A stretch of 64,000 nt of DNA from Macrostomum lignano (Eukaryota). Shown one piece after another: positions 39,901 to 52,350 of this stretch; positions within the stretch are counted from its first letter, which is position 1, and each line of letters starts with the position of its first letter. The stretch spans positions 1 through 64,000 of the forward strand of contig NIVC01002775.1 in the NCBI GenBank assembly GCA_002269645.1, in the 5' to 3' direction. Below the pieces are notes generated by a model that was not told the origin of the DNA, searched no databases, and was given only the letters and a program-made list of their open reading frames with translations. The position numbers were made by a program, and so were the translations under genes.

Positions 39901-41298
39901 AAGCATCCCCCAGATAGCAAGCATCCCCCAGATCGCAAGCATCCCCCAGATAGCAAGCATCCCCCAGATAGCAAGCATCCCCCAGATAGCAAGCATCCCC
40001 CAGATAGCAAGCATCCCCCAGATAGCAAGCATCCCCCTGATAGCAAGCATCCCCCAGATAGCAAGCATCCCCCAGATAGCAAGCATCCCCCAGATAGCAA
40101 GCATCCCCCAGATAGCAAGCATCCCCCAGATAGCAAGCATCCCCCAGATAGCAAGCATCCCCCAGATAGCAAGCATCCCCCAGATAGCAAGCATCCCCCA
40201 GATAGCAAGCATCCCCCAGATAGCAAGCATCCCCAAGATAGCAAGCTTCCCCAGATAGCAAGCATCCCCCCAGATAGCAAGCATCCACCAGATAGCAAGC
40301 ATCCCCCAGATAGCAAGCATCCCCCCAGATAGCAAGCATCCACCAGATAGCAAGCATCCCCCAGATAGCAAGCATCCCCCAGATAGCAAGCATACCCCAG
40401 ATAGCAAGCATCCCCCAGATAGCAAGCATCCCACAGACTCTACTACAGTTTTTAGGTAGAAAATTTGTTAACATTTTCCCTAGATTAAATTAAAAATAAA
40501 CTGTAGTAAATTATAATTATATTGCAACTTTAAGTATGATATGCGTAAAACGAAATTAAAACTATTTTTTTAGAAACGATTTAAAATGAATACTCTTTAA
40601 TGCCAACTACTCAACAGGCTCTAGTTTTTCTCTAGTCATTAAAAATTGAGCAAGTTAAAAAGGTGTTAGAAAACTACCTGCAAATCGCGCTCAAAGTGCA
40701 TCCGCTTCCAGCTTCCGTCGTACTGGCTGACGTCGCAGACGGGCCACCGCGCTTTGCACACGCGACGCCAATAGCCTTCGTCACGAATCAGCGGCCCGGT
40801 GACCTTCTTTGACACGTCAACTGGCAGCCGCTTCAGCAGCTTAGCCTGTTGAGCAGGGTCGACTCGGTTGACCACGTCTGAGTTGTACTCAAAATTGGCT
40901 ACGAGGCCTTTGAGACTGAGCTCGGCCAGTCCCGGCACCGTGGCCAGGTTCCACTCCGGATCCTCCGCGATGATTTTGCGGATGTTGCGCCGGTCCAGTG
41001 CCGGGTCCTCTTGAACCTCCTGCTCCGGCAGGTCCTCATCTTCGGCGGCGGCATCTGGATCGCCTCCTGCAGCGTCCTCGGCATCGCCAGCCGACGCGTC
41101 AGCCTCTTCGGCGTCTTCGTTGGCCCCGGCCTCCGTCTGCTGTCGCGTGGAACCTGCGGCCTGGCTCTGGCTCTTCTTGGAACGGCCGGAGGCGCGGGAC
41201 GGCGGCGCCTCATCGCCTTCTGCTGCTGCTTCAGCGGCCGCCGCCGTCTGGTCCGCCTCCTCGCCATCGGGAGCCGGAGTCTGCGGTTTCGACGACAT
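36912..41298 (-). CDS. TCTE1: Dynein regulatory complex subunit 5 (T-complex-associated testis-expressed 1), LRR protein, about 530 aa
   Basis: Exons 41298-40678 and 37883-36912 (phase 0). Motifs RKIIAEDPEWNLA, YWRRVCKARWPVC, GSWKRMHFER, DCGMNFEWSLF, LLDHPGLEELDLSHNSIGDRGA, DGGKQLQEGM, QESEY. Confidence 0.95.
38314..40440 (-). mobile_element. Helitron-like non-autonomous element carrying an 18 bp minisatellite (copy A, in TCTE1 intron)
   Basis: Minus strand ends TCCCTCATCGGGGGGCGAAGATTGCTAG-T. About 100 bp of unique subterminal sequence is shared with copy B and homology stops at CTAG-T. Array GGGGGATGCTTGCTATCT at 38430-40435. 5' end not defined. Confidence 0.6.
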
Positions 41299-41443
41299 GC
41301 TGTTTTGTTCTTTGGTGGGGAAAATTCTAGCTCTTAAAAAATGCTTGAAATCTAGTCGGATGACAAGATGAAATAGAAAAGCCTGCTTAAAATTGCTAAA
41401 AAATTGTCAAGCTTGTTTGCAGTTTGAATTTGGCGCGCGCCGC

Positions 41444-41458
41444 GTTGCTAATGGTAAC
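41444..41458 (-). promoter_or_regulatory. RFX X-box upstream of TCTE1
   Basis: Minus strand GTTACC-ATT-AGCAAC matches the GTNRCC-N0-3-RGYAAC consensus, about 145 bp upstream of the ATG of a motile-cilia gene. Confidence 0.75.
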
Positions 41459-42053
41459 CCTTATTTTGCTTGCACTGGGGAGAGAGAGGGTATGAGAGTG
41501 GTCTGAGCGGGGCCGAGAGGGAGTGGAAGACTGGAAGACTTTGAGTGCATGAATGTACACTGGGCTTGGTAGATAAAGCGCCAGTGTACACTGCCAGCCC
41601 GTTTGAAGCATTAAATATAATTTGACAATACATTCTCATTCGATTCATTCTACTAATAGTAAGTAGCTGAGGAATCTAGATACAAAAGTTACTGCGATTA
41701 TTATTATTTTTGCATGCTGTAGTGCCTTAGTTTTTTAAGTGTTTTTCTCGAAATGTACTTTGAGCTTTAATTAAGCATTCTAATTAGCTTAATCAGCTTC
41801 CATATACGTATGTAAAATTGTAGGCGAGGTACATTGTTTATTTTGTCAGGTTGCCCTGAATTTTGTGATGAAATTTTTATCGCACACACACGCCAGCCAA
41901 TGGCATGGCTACATCTGCTTGCAACCAACCATAATCATTCGAGAACCAATTTTCAATCAATTTTCCATTACGAGTATTTATATCTTCATCATATCAAGCT
42001 ACTGGAAGATAATTCGCTTCGTCAAATTTTAGCTGCAAAACGTCAGAAAAATC

Positions 42054-43350
42054 ATGCTAGCTCTGATGAAGCTGCTTCTAATAGCAGAAATTCTTGCCGT
42101 AAACACTGTTCAATGCGTAGATAACAATCTTACCTACACCAACGTTGGTTGCTATGCCGACACGTCCAAGCGAGATCTAGACGGCCTTGTTGGAATTTCC
42201 CGGCTGGGTCCGTATGCTGTGAAAAGTTTTGGCGCAGTCAAAGACTCCGCAGCAATGACCATTGAGCTGTGCTACAGAATCTGCTCAATTGGAGCTGTAG
42301 CAGGATTGGGATTCAAATATTTCTCTTTGCAATCGACAGATGAATGCTTCTGCGGATCGGGCTACGGCCTCTATGGAGCTGCGGATACTGAGGCGCAGTG
42401 CAGTGCAGCTTGCCCAGGCAATGCCAGCCAGATCTGTGGCGGAGCTTGGCGAAACTCTGTGTACAGATTCAACAGTCAGACTGAAGCTGCTGGCGATGAC
42501 ATCGAAGGTAATTCTGGTAGCCCCGTATAGATGATAAGCTTACTGACTAGTGATCTATTAATCAGCTTTGATGTTTGATTGATTGATGGTTGATGGGATC
42601 TATGAATCAGCTTTGATGTTTGATTGATTGATGGTTGATGGGATCTATGAATCAGCTTTGATGTTTGATTGATTGATGGTTGATGGGATCTATGAATCAG
42701 CTTTGATGTTTGATTGATTGATGGTTGATGGGATCTATAAATCAGCTTTGATGTTTGATTGATTGATGGTTGATGGGATCTATAAATCAGCTTTGATGTT
42801 TGATTGATTGATGGTTGATGGGATCTATGAATCAGCTTTGATGTTTGATTGATTGATGGTTGATGGGATCTATAAATCAGCTTTGATCGTTGATTAACTG
42901 ATTAATTTATGATTGATTGGTGGGATTTAGGAATATTTTTGATGGTGTATCGAGTTGTTCAATGAATCTATTTTTAAGTGATATTTAATAGGTTCTACCT
43001 ACATGTCAAGATTGATTAATTTGTTTCTAAAGCCTCAATGCTTATGAATGCAAGTTGCTGTGCCTCTAACTCGTCCACAAGGTGCGAGCTGTCCATCATC
43101 ATCTGCATCTTTTCGCCAGACGCATACCGGCCTGCCCCAGCTCACGGTGACCAATTCTTACAAAGGAATCGCCTATTGGAATTCGACCTCAGCTGATCTG
43201 TTTGGCTGTCTGATGAAGTGCAACCCCAGGAGTTGTCGGGCTGCGATCTTCTCCACAGAAACTGGCCAGTGCCACTCGCTCAGCTTTGCTCTGCTGCCGA
43301 GCCACTTAAGTCTCGAAGTTGGTAAAAATTCGATTTTCCTCAGAAATTAA
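42054..43350 (+). CDS. Secreted WSC-domain protein, possibly followed by a PAN/Apple-like Cys module
   Basis: Signal peptide MLALMKLLLIAEILAVNTVQC. WSC motifs VGCYAD, MTIELCYRIC, FSLQSTDECFCG and CPGNASQICGG in exon 42054-42507 (G|GTAATT). Probable second exon at about 43055-43321 (CLMKCNPRSCRAAIFSTETGQC). 3' end unresolved. Confidence 0.75.
42560..42890. repeat. 45 bp minisatellite (ATCAGCTTTGATGTTTGATTGATTGATGGTTGATGGGATCTATRA)
   Basis: About 7 units in WSC gene intron 1. Confidence 0.93.
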
Positions 43351-43449
43351 ACAAGGCTGCAAGTAACTTCGGTGTCAAGGAGAATCAAGAAATATTCGCC
43401 AGACTTCTTTTGCCAGTTGGAAAGATTCCCCTACAGGTAAGATGTCCAA

Positions 43450-43790
43450 CTGGTTCCAGATACTTTCGGAAAGATTGCCCCACGGGTTCTAGATACTTTC
43501 GGAAAGATTCCCCACGGGTTCTAGATCCTTTCGGAAAGATTCCCTCATGGGTTCTAGATCCTTTCGGAAAGATTCCCCACCGGTTCTAGATCCTTTCGGA
43601 AAGATTCCCCAGGGGTTCTAGATCCTTTCGGAAAGATTCCCCCACGGGTTCTAAACGTAGATCCTTTTGGAAAGATTCCCTCACGGGTTCTAGATCCTTT
43701 TGGAAAAATTCCCCACGGGTTCTAAATGTAATCTTTTTGGAAAGATTCCCCCACGGATTCTATAACCTCTCAAAAATATGCCCCACGAAT
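43450..43790. repeat. About 33 bp minisatellite (CTAGATCCTTTCGGAAAGATTCCCCACGGGTT)
   Basis: About 10 degenerate units. Confidence 0.88.
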
Positions 43791-44254
43791 GCTAGCTCTC
43801 CTTTTAGAAAGATTCCCAGAAGATAATACCTAAAAGATTCCCTCCACTCTGGAATGATTTCCCTCTACAAATACAACAAAAGTCTGTCAACCGTTTGGAT
43901 AAAAAAGATATTGATTTCCTTGTAGATGCTGCATGGCGTTAAACGTTTTTTATCCAATTACGTAATTCTGAGTGGCGCCTAAACCGACTAAGCAAACCGA
44001 GTGACCTACACGAGTGACAATATTCTACATTCACCTTGACAACTTGACAAATATACGCGTCAAAATGTTAATTAGCTCTTCGTAGCAATTCAGTTGGCTG
44101 TAGAGCCAGTATACGAGCTATTAACAATGGCTAAAAAATAGATAAATAGATCGTAACAGCTCTTGGTGCAATTATTTCTCAGAAATTAGAAATATATCAA
44201 GGGGACATTATTTTTACGACAAGAAAGTGATTAAATATGAACTACTCGTAAAGG

Positions 44255-46052
44255 ATGCTTACTATTTGGGGATGCTTGCTATCTGGGGGATGCTTGCTAT
44301 CTGGGGGATGCTTGCTATCTGGGGGATGCTTGCGATCTGGGGGATGCTTGCTATCTGGGGGATGCTTGCTATCCGGGAGGGGGATGCATGCTATCTGGGG
44401 GATGCTTGCTATCTGGGGGATGCTTGCTATCTGGGGGATGCTTGCAATCTGGGGGATGCTTGCTATCTGGGGGATGCTTGCTATCTGGGGGCTGCTTGCT
44501 ATCTGGGGGATGCTTGCTATCCGGGAGGGGGGATGCTTGCTATCTGGGGGATGCTTGCTATCTGGGGGCTGCTTGCTATCTGGGGGATGCTTGCTATCTG
44601 GGGGCTGCTTGCTATCTGGGGGATGCTTGCAATCTGGGGGATGCTTGCTATCTGGGGGATGCTTGCTATCTGGGGGCTGCTTGCTATCTGGGGGATGCTT
44701 GCTATCTGGGGGCTGCTTGCTATCTGGGGGATGCTTGCTATCTGGGGGCTGCTTGCTATCTGGGGGATGCTTGCTATCTGGGGGATGCTTGCTATCTGGG
44801 GGATGCTTGCTATCTGGGGGCTGCTTGCTATCTGGGGGATGCTTGCTATCTGGGGGCTGCTTGCTATCTGGGGATGCTTGCAATCTGCACGGGGGATGCT
44901 TGCTATCTGGGGGATGCTTGCAATCTGGGGGATGCTTGCTATCTGGGGGATGCTTGCTATCTGGGGGCTGCTTACTATCTGGGGGATGCTTGCTATCCGG
45001 GAGGGGGGATGCTTCCTATCTGGGGGATGCTTGCAATCTGGGGGATGCTTGCTATCTGGGGGATGCTTGCTATCTGGGGGCTGCTTGCTATCTGGGGGAT
45101 GCTTGCTATCTGGGGGATGCTTGCTATCTGGGGGCTGCTTGCTATCTGGGGGATGCTTGCTATCTGGGGGCTGCTTGCTATCTGGGGGATGCTTGCAATC
45201 TGCACGGGGGATGCTTGCTATCTGGGGGATGCTTGCAATCTGGGGGATGCTTGCTATCTGGGGGATGCTTGCTATCTGGGGGATGCTTGCTATCTGGGGG
45301 CTGCTTGCTATCTGGGGGATGCTTGCTATCTGGGGGATGCTTGCTATCTGGGGGATGCTTGCTATCTGGGGGCTGCTTGCTATCTGGGGGATGCTTGCTA
45401 TCTGGGGCTGCTTGCTATCTGGGGGATGCTTGCAATCTGCACGGGGGATGCTTGCTATCTGGGGGATGCTTGCAATCTGGGGATGCTTGCTATCTGGGGA
45501 TGCTTGCTATCTGGGGGCTGCTTACTATCTGGGGGATGCTTGCTATCCGGGAGGGGGGATGCTTCCTATCTGGGGGATGCTTGCAATCTGGGGGATGCTT
45601 GCAATCTGGGGGATGCTTGCTATCTGGGGGATGCTTGCTATCTGGGGGCTGCTTACTATCTGGGGGATGCTTGCTATCCGGGAGGGGGGATGCTTCCTAT
45701 CTGGGGGATGCTTGCAATCTGGGGGATGCTTGCTATCTGGGGGCTGCTTGCTATCTGGGGGATGCTTGCTATCCGGGAGGGGGGATGCTTGCTATCTGGG
45801 GGATGCTGCTATCTGGGGGATGCTTGCAATCTGCACGGGGGATGCTTGCTATCTGGGGGATGCTTGCAATCTGGGGGATGCTTGCTATCTGGGGGATGCT
45901 TGCTGTCTTGGGATGATTTCTTTTTGCATTACACTTTATTTGAGCAGTTTGTCTGTCGTCTTTGTGAAGGCTTTATTTGGCTGTCTTTTTGTTACTTGTA
46001 GAGAACAGAGGTTCTATCCAGATGTCCCCCAACGGGGGGCGAAGATTGCTAG
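44255..46052 (+). mobile_element. Helitron-like non-autonomous element carrying the same 18 bp minisatellite (copy B, inverted relative to A)
   Basis: Array 44260-45915, then shared unique sequence ending TCCCCCAACGGGGGGCGAAGATTGCTAG-T (CTAG 46049-46052): GC hairpin about 9 nt before CTAG, followed by T. Confidence 0.62.
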
Positions 46053-46125
46053 TCCCTGCTAAAGATGAATGCAGTTTATAGAGTAGATAAGAGTATATAG
46101 AAACAACCCATTTTAGTATAGTGGA

Positions 46126-46320
46126 CTAGCAATCTGCATCCCCCGTTGGGGAGGCCAACATTTTTCGAAGAAACTACATGTAGGTGTAGCATGCGCATGC
46201 AGTGAGGCAGTTCGCACTCCGTGACCCCACCCAGCCTCAGCGACCCCCCCCCCTATGAGCCACAGCGTTTCAGCAACCCGCATGAGTCTTGACATCTCAG
46301 CAATCCCCCCATGAACCGCA
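46126..46320 (-). mobile_element. Related Helitron-like 3' end, tail-to-tail with copy B
   Basis: ACTAGCAATCTGCATCCCCCGTTGGGG at 46125; adjacent sequence homologous to 7810-7935. Confidence 0.5.
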
Positions 46321-46644
46321 GCATTTTACAGGGTCCCAGTGCCGTTCAGGCAACGAACCTATGTAACTAATGAAGACGTCGACTTAGTCAGAAAACAGCA
46401 ATATACAAAATGTCGGAGCGCTCATCAGAATATCTTATAGCCTATAGCTTATAGGCTGACGAGTGAATAATCTGAATTTCGATCAAACAATGAAGCCTAA
46501 CCTAGGTTTGGATAGGGAACACGTAATCTCTAAAGAGTTTTGAAGATCCTTCCTTGTCATTTAGTGCGAGTAAATCGCTTTGCCAATGGCATTACTGCAC
46601 ATTCCTCAGACTCCTTTGAGCAGGCAAACAAGTTCCAGAAACGA

Positions 46645-47221
46645 GTCATTAGTGATTTTATGAGCTCATTACACTTTTAACTACAGAAATGAGTCATTGG
46701 TGATTTTGTGAGCTCATTACACTTTTAACTACAGAAATGAGTCATTAGTGATTTTGTGAGCTCATTACACTTTAGCTACAGAAATGAGTCATTAGTGATT
46801 GTATGATCGCATTTTTGTTTTAACTAGTTGTGAGTCATTTGCCATGTTTATTTTCATTTTTAGAGGCAGGGGCTGTGTGCACCCTGGCGCACTTTTAGCG
46901 ACATTGTCACACAACCGGCGAGAGGCATTGCTGCCCATTCCGTCGACTCCCCTGAGCAGGCACACGAGCGCGCGGATACGTACGCAGTCACACGCACAGG
47001 CACACACTCACACAGGAGTGTACAGCGGCCCTAACTTTATTTATCGTTAGGCATGTACACTTCCCTGTGCCTGGGGGTTGGCGCTCAAGGCCGTTAATTG
47101 CACGAGCAGAGCCAAGCCGAGATTCCAATTTAGCCTCAAAATTAATGTGACTGCACTGGGAATCGAGCCTGGGACCGCTGGCACACCAGAGCGGCCCAAG
47201 ATACGAGCTATCAGCCACGCC
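46645..47221 (-). mobile_element. tRNA-derived SINE with 48 bp tandem-repeat tail (most complete copy)
   Basis: Minus strand head GGCGTGGCTGATAGCTCGTATCTTGG (A-box-like) and GGCTCGATTCC (B-box-like). Body shared with 16681 and 28560. Tail of 4-5 units at 46645-46840. Confidence 0.7.
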
Positions 47222-47889
47222 TTAACCCCAACTCTTCCTTTGATGCTTGGCCTACCAACAACTCCCAACTGACCCTTGGTATCTGAGCACCTCCCCCCGC
47301 TATGTGCCACAGCATTTCAGCGACCCCCGTGAGCTTTGACATCTCAGCAATTCTCGAAATAAAGGAAAACTCGAAAAAGCTACTAGTTATTTTTGCACTT
47401 TTAGTATAATCGCATCAACTGGTAGTTTGATAAATAGGAGGGCTGAGTTTTTCAATTATGAGTATTGCTGTTGTCAGTGGAGCTGAGTGGAGCATCAGGT
47501 GGATCAAGTGGAGCATCCCCGTTCGCAGCAGCCACTGCCACAGAGCTGCACTCGACCAGAGCCAAAAAGCCTGTCAAGTGGAAAATTCCATTAAAAACGG
47601 GCACTAAGTGTCAAATATGAATTTCTGTGGCCAGAATTCTCCACTTGATTGGTTTTTAATTGATTGGAGAGCAGAGCCTGCGACAGCTTGGCTTCAGCTT
47701 AAACGGCTAAATAAATTCCACTTAACTAAGTAAAGCAATGGATAAAACAATGAGTAGGGAGAAAATTCTTGATATATTTTAGTCTGGTAAATATAGATTC
47801 AGCATCACAAACACCATTTTTAGATGCAAAAAGAAATTGAAATCACAAAGCTTGCACAGAATCTTCGATTGGCCTTTATTTAGAACTGA

Positions 47890-48430
47890 AAACTGAGGAT
47901 CTGGGAGGCTGGCCCAGCAACTGAGGATCTGGGAGGCTGGCCCAGCAACTGAGGATCTGGGAGGCTGGCCCAGCAACTGAGGATTTGAGAGGCTGGACCA
48001 CGCAACTGAAGATTTGGGAGACTGGACCAGCAACTGAAGATTTGGGAGGCTGGACCAGCAACTGAGGATTTGGGAGGCTGGCACAGCAACTGAGGATCTG
48101 GGAGGCTGGACCAGCAACTGAGGATTTGAGAGGCTGGACCACGCAACTGAAGATTTGGGAGGCTGGACCAGCAACTGAGGATTTGGGAGGCTGGCCCAGC
48201 AACTGAGGATTTGGGAGGCTGGCCCAGCAACTGAGGATCTGAGAGACTGGCCCAGCAACTGACGATCTGGGAGGCTGGCCCAGCAACTGAGGATCTGAGA
48301 GACTGGCCCAGCAACTGACGATCTGGGAGGCTGGCCCAGCAACTGAGGACCTGAGAGACTGGCCCAGCAACTGACGATCTGAGAGACTAGCTCAGCAGCT
48401 GACGATCTGGGAGGCTGACCTAAGCAACTG
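47890..48430. repeat. 28 bp minisatellite (GGAGGCTGGCCCAGCAACTGAGGATCTG)
   Basis: About 19 units; reverse complement of the 14430-15055 family. Confidence 0.95.
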
Positions 48431-48551
48431 AGGATAACTCTAAAAAATAAATACGGATAGAGAATTGTGCGCAAGCTGTATGCAAAAATCGATCAAAACA
48501 AAAGACTGGAGCACAAATGCCAGCCAAATCATGGGCTACTCGGTCAGAATG

Positions 48552-51500
48552 TCAGCTAGGCAAAATAGGAATCCGGTGCTCGCAAGCATAGTAAGAGTCC
48601 TTAGAAGTGCCAGAGGAGGACTTTGACAATTGGATACTGTCTGGCTGACAGCTGCCGAAATCAAAATTAGAAAATTTGCTAAGCAGATGAGCGGCATCGA
48701 AACTTAGCGATCGATTCTGACGATTGTCCGATGAGCCTGCGGCGTACCTGTCCGGGGATGGTGGGATTTAGTTGCTAACGGACAGTGATTACTCATCCTA
48801 ACTGGATTCTTCAAGGCACTTAAGTCCTACTATTTGTACCATAATTCTTTGCAGAGGGGGCGCCAGCTACAGAGAAGACGCCAGCTACAGAGGGGGCGCC
48901 AGCTACAGAGGGGGCGCCAGCTACAGAGGGGCGCCAGCTACAGAGGGGGCGCCAGCTACAGAGGGGACGCCAGCTACAGAGGGGGTGCCAGCTACAGAGG
49001 GGGTGCCAGCTACAGAGGGGGCGCCAGCTACAGAGGGGGCGCCAGCTACAGAGGGGGCGCCAGCTACACAGAAGACGCCAGCTACAGAGGGGGCGCCAGC
49101 TACACAGGAGACGCCAGCTACAGAGGGGGCGCCAGCTACAGAGGGGGCGCCAGCTACACAGGAGACGCCAGCTACAGATTGGCGCCAGCTACAGATTGGC
49201 GCCAGCTACAGAGGGGGCGCCAGCTACAGAGGGGGCGCCAGCTACAGAGGGGCGCCAGCTACAGAGGGGGCGCCAGCTACAGAGGGGACGCCAGCTACAG
49301 AGGGGGCGCCAGCTACAGAGGGGGCGCCAGCTACAGAGGGGGCGACAGCTACAGAGGGGACGCCAGCTACAGAGGGGGCGCCAGCTACACAGAAGACGCC
49401 AGCTACAGAGGGGCGCCAGCTACAGAGGGGGCGCCAGCTACACAGAAGACGCCAGCTACAGAGGGGCGCCAGCTACACAGGAGACGCCAGCTACAGAGGG
49501 GGCGCCAGCTACAGAGGGCACACCAGCTATATAGAAGCGACGCCGGCTACAGAGGGCTTTGATAAAGCATGAATGATCACCTGGCATTCATCAGAGTGAC
49601 GTGCAGTTTCACCCCCTCCCTGCCTGGCTGGGCCCTGGCCAATGACTGGAATTGGTCAGCCAGAGCATTAGCAATAGCTTGCAGTCTGCCTGTGGGCTCA
49701 CACAGCTGAGCGTAGAGCACTTTAGTGTCGCTCGGGTCGTCGTTCATGATTTCTAAGCCGCTCAGGCTCACGGTTAGAGGGCCGCTGGATGTTTCAATGC
49801 GAGGCGTGTCAATGATGTAGCTTAAATTCACTCTTTTAAAAAGGCATATTGCTAATTTATCTAAAAATGGCATTTTGCTAATCTATCTAAAAATGGCATA
49901 TTGCTAATCTATCTAAAAATGGCATCGCTAATTTATCTAAAAATGGCATATTGCTAATCTATCTAAAAATGGCATCGCTAATTTATCTAAAAATGGCATA
50001 TTGCTAATCTATCTAAAAATGGCATCGCTAATCTATCTAAAAATGGCATATCGCTAATCTATCTAAAAATGGCATCGCTAATCTATCTAAAAATGACATA
50101 TTGCTAATCTATCTAAAAATGGCATATCGCTAATCTATCTAAAAATGGCATATTGCTAATCTATCTAAAAATGACATATTGCTAATCTATCTAAAAATGG
50201 CATATCGCTAATCTATCTAAAAATGGCATATTGCTAATCTATCTAAAAATGACATCGCTAATTTATCTAAAAATGGCATATTGCTAATCTATCTAAAAAT
50301 GACATATTGCTAATCTATCTAAAAATGGCATATTGCTAATCTATCTAAAAATGACATATTGCTAATCTATCTAAAAATGGCATATTGCTTATCTATCTAA
50401 AAATGGCATATTGCTAATCTATCTAAAAATGGCATATTGCTAATCTATCTAAAAATGACATATTGCTAATCTATCTAAAAATGGCATATCGCTAATCTAT
50501 CTAAAAATGGCATATTGCTAATCTATCTAAAAATGACATCGCTAATTTATCTAAAAATGGCATATTGCTAATCTATCTAAAAATGACATATTGCTAATCT
50601 ATCTAAAAATGGCATATTGCTAATCTATCTAAAAATGACATATTGCTAATCTATCTAAAAATGGCATATTGCTTATCTATCTAAAAATGGCATATTGCTT
50701 ATCTATCTAAAAATGACATATTGCTAATCTATCTAAAAATGGCATATTGCTTATCTATCTAAAAATGGCATATTGCTAATCTATCTAAAAATGGCATATT
50801 GCTAATCTATCTAAAAATGGCATATTGCTAATCTATCTAAAAATGACATATTGCTAATCTATCTAAAAATGGCATATTGCTTATCTATCTAAAAATGGCA
50901 TATTGCTAATCTATCTAAAAATGGCATATTGCTAATCTATCTAAAAATGACAAGATCTCGCACCTATCCACTCGCATCAGCTCGGGCAGTCTGTCCCGGC
51001 CAAACTCGTCCAGCAGCCGCTTGGCCCTGGCCACCTCCTGGCTGGTAAGCAGGAGCAGCGGAGCGCAGGTCACGTGCAGCCTAGCGGCACCCTGGAACAC
51101 TCCATCGTTAATGCCGCGATCTCCGCCGCACCATTTCAAGGCGCTGTCGCGGAACTGCTCGTACCGATGCCTCACCGACTCCGCGGCCAAACTGATGGAT
51201 AAAAAATGCGTAATTGGCAGCCGGTCTCTCGCGTCGGCTAGCAACAATTCGATTCGAGTTTTAGCCGAAGCCAGCTGAGCTTTAGTCCTGCCCAGAGCCA
51301 GCACGGGAGACTCGGTATCTCCCATTCGAGGAATTATCAACTCTACGCCAGTTTCCGCTTCTAAGCGTCGTTTCGCGTCGCCATGACGACCGATTAGAAA
51401 TTTGTGAAACGCCGACGGAATCGGCAGTCGCAGCCGGTAGCGGCCAGTCCGATTGTCGCTGTCAATCTGACAACCGGATAGTTGCTCCTCAATTTCGTCG

Positions 51501-51739
51501 CATTTTACAGCGGCAGCGGCGACTCTACAGGTGGCCGCTTCAGCCGCGTCGTCGCCATAGCAACTATCTGGCATAGATTCGGATTCTAGCTGGCCAACTG
51601 GTCGAAGATTTTGATGCTGACGAGGCTGATTTACACTGGACAAATTGTTGCTAGGGAAAGAGTCGGCTAACGGGTTTAACCTGTAGCAATATTCTGCACC
51701 GATCCAGAGCAGTTCGGGATTCAGGGTTGCGCGACTCAT
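48552..51739 (-). CDS. ASCC1: Activating signal cointegrator 1 complex subunit 1 (KH + 2H phosphodiesterase), about 391 aa
   Basis: Exons 51739-50964, 49784-49581, 48747-48552 (1176 nt, phases consistent). KH HKFLIGRHGDAKRRLEAET, then THFLS, two LHVT 2H motifs, IMNDDP...VLYA, SFDAAHLLSKF. Confidence 0.93.
48850..49555. repeat. 17-18 bp minisatellite (GCGCCAGCTACAGAGGGG)
   Basis: About 39 units in ASCC1 intron 2. Confidence 0.95.
49845..50955. repeat. 26 bp minisatellite (GCTAATCTATCTAAAAATGGCATATT)
   Basis: About 42 units filling ASCC1 intron 1. Confidence 0.97.
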
Positions 51740-51834
51740 TCCGGCTTTTGGCAGCAAGTTGTGAGTGGGCAGCTAAATAAGTAGATTTATTGAGCCCTGC
51801 GAGCAATCAGCAGACACTTGTCTGCCGCGTAACA

Positions 51835-52350
51835 TTGTCCATCGAGTATCCCTGTCCATTGGGTATCCTTGTCTATTGAGTATCCTTGTCCATTGGGTAT
51901 CCTTGTCCACTGGGTATCCCTGTCCATTGGGTATCCTTGTCCATTGGGTATCCTTGTCCACTGGGTATCCTTGTCCATTGGGTATCCTTGTCCATTGGGT
52001 ATCCCTGTCCATTGGGTATCCTTGTCCATTGGGTATCGTTGTCCACTGGGTATCCTTGTCCATTGGGTATCCTTGTCCATTGGGTACCTTGTCCATTGGG
52101 TATCTTTGTCCATTGGGTACCTTGTCCATTGGGTGACATTGTCCATTGATAACACTGTCCATTGAGTAACATTGTCCATTGGGTAATCTTTTCCATTGGA
52201 TGACATTGTCCATTGGGTAACCTTGTCGGTAACCTTGACCATCCTTGTCTATTGGGTAATATTGTCTATTGGCATTGGGTGACATTGTTAATTGGGTAAT
52301 CTTGTCCATTGGGTATTTGTCCATTGGGTACCTTGTCCAGTGTTTGCTGG
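51835..52350. repeat. 17 bp minisatellite (GTCCATTGGGTATCCTT)
   Basis: About 28 units upstream of ASCC1. Confidence 0.93.

Noticed and set aside
38361-46062. 500-690 aa ORFs of MLAIWG / GGCLLS / DACYLG repeats
   Set aside because: All three frames of an 18 bp array are open. One array lies in the TCTE1 intron. These are artefacts of a stop-free 3n unit.
47150-47221. Possible tRNA gene
   Set aside because: A/B-box-like motifs but no convincing cloverleaf, and it continues into a dispersed repeat body, so it is treated as a SINE head.
48834-49572. Mucin- or RGG-like ORFs (EGAPAT, RGGASY)
   Set aside because: ASCC1 intron 2 minisatellite. Frames switch with 17/18 bp unit variation.
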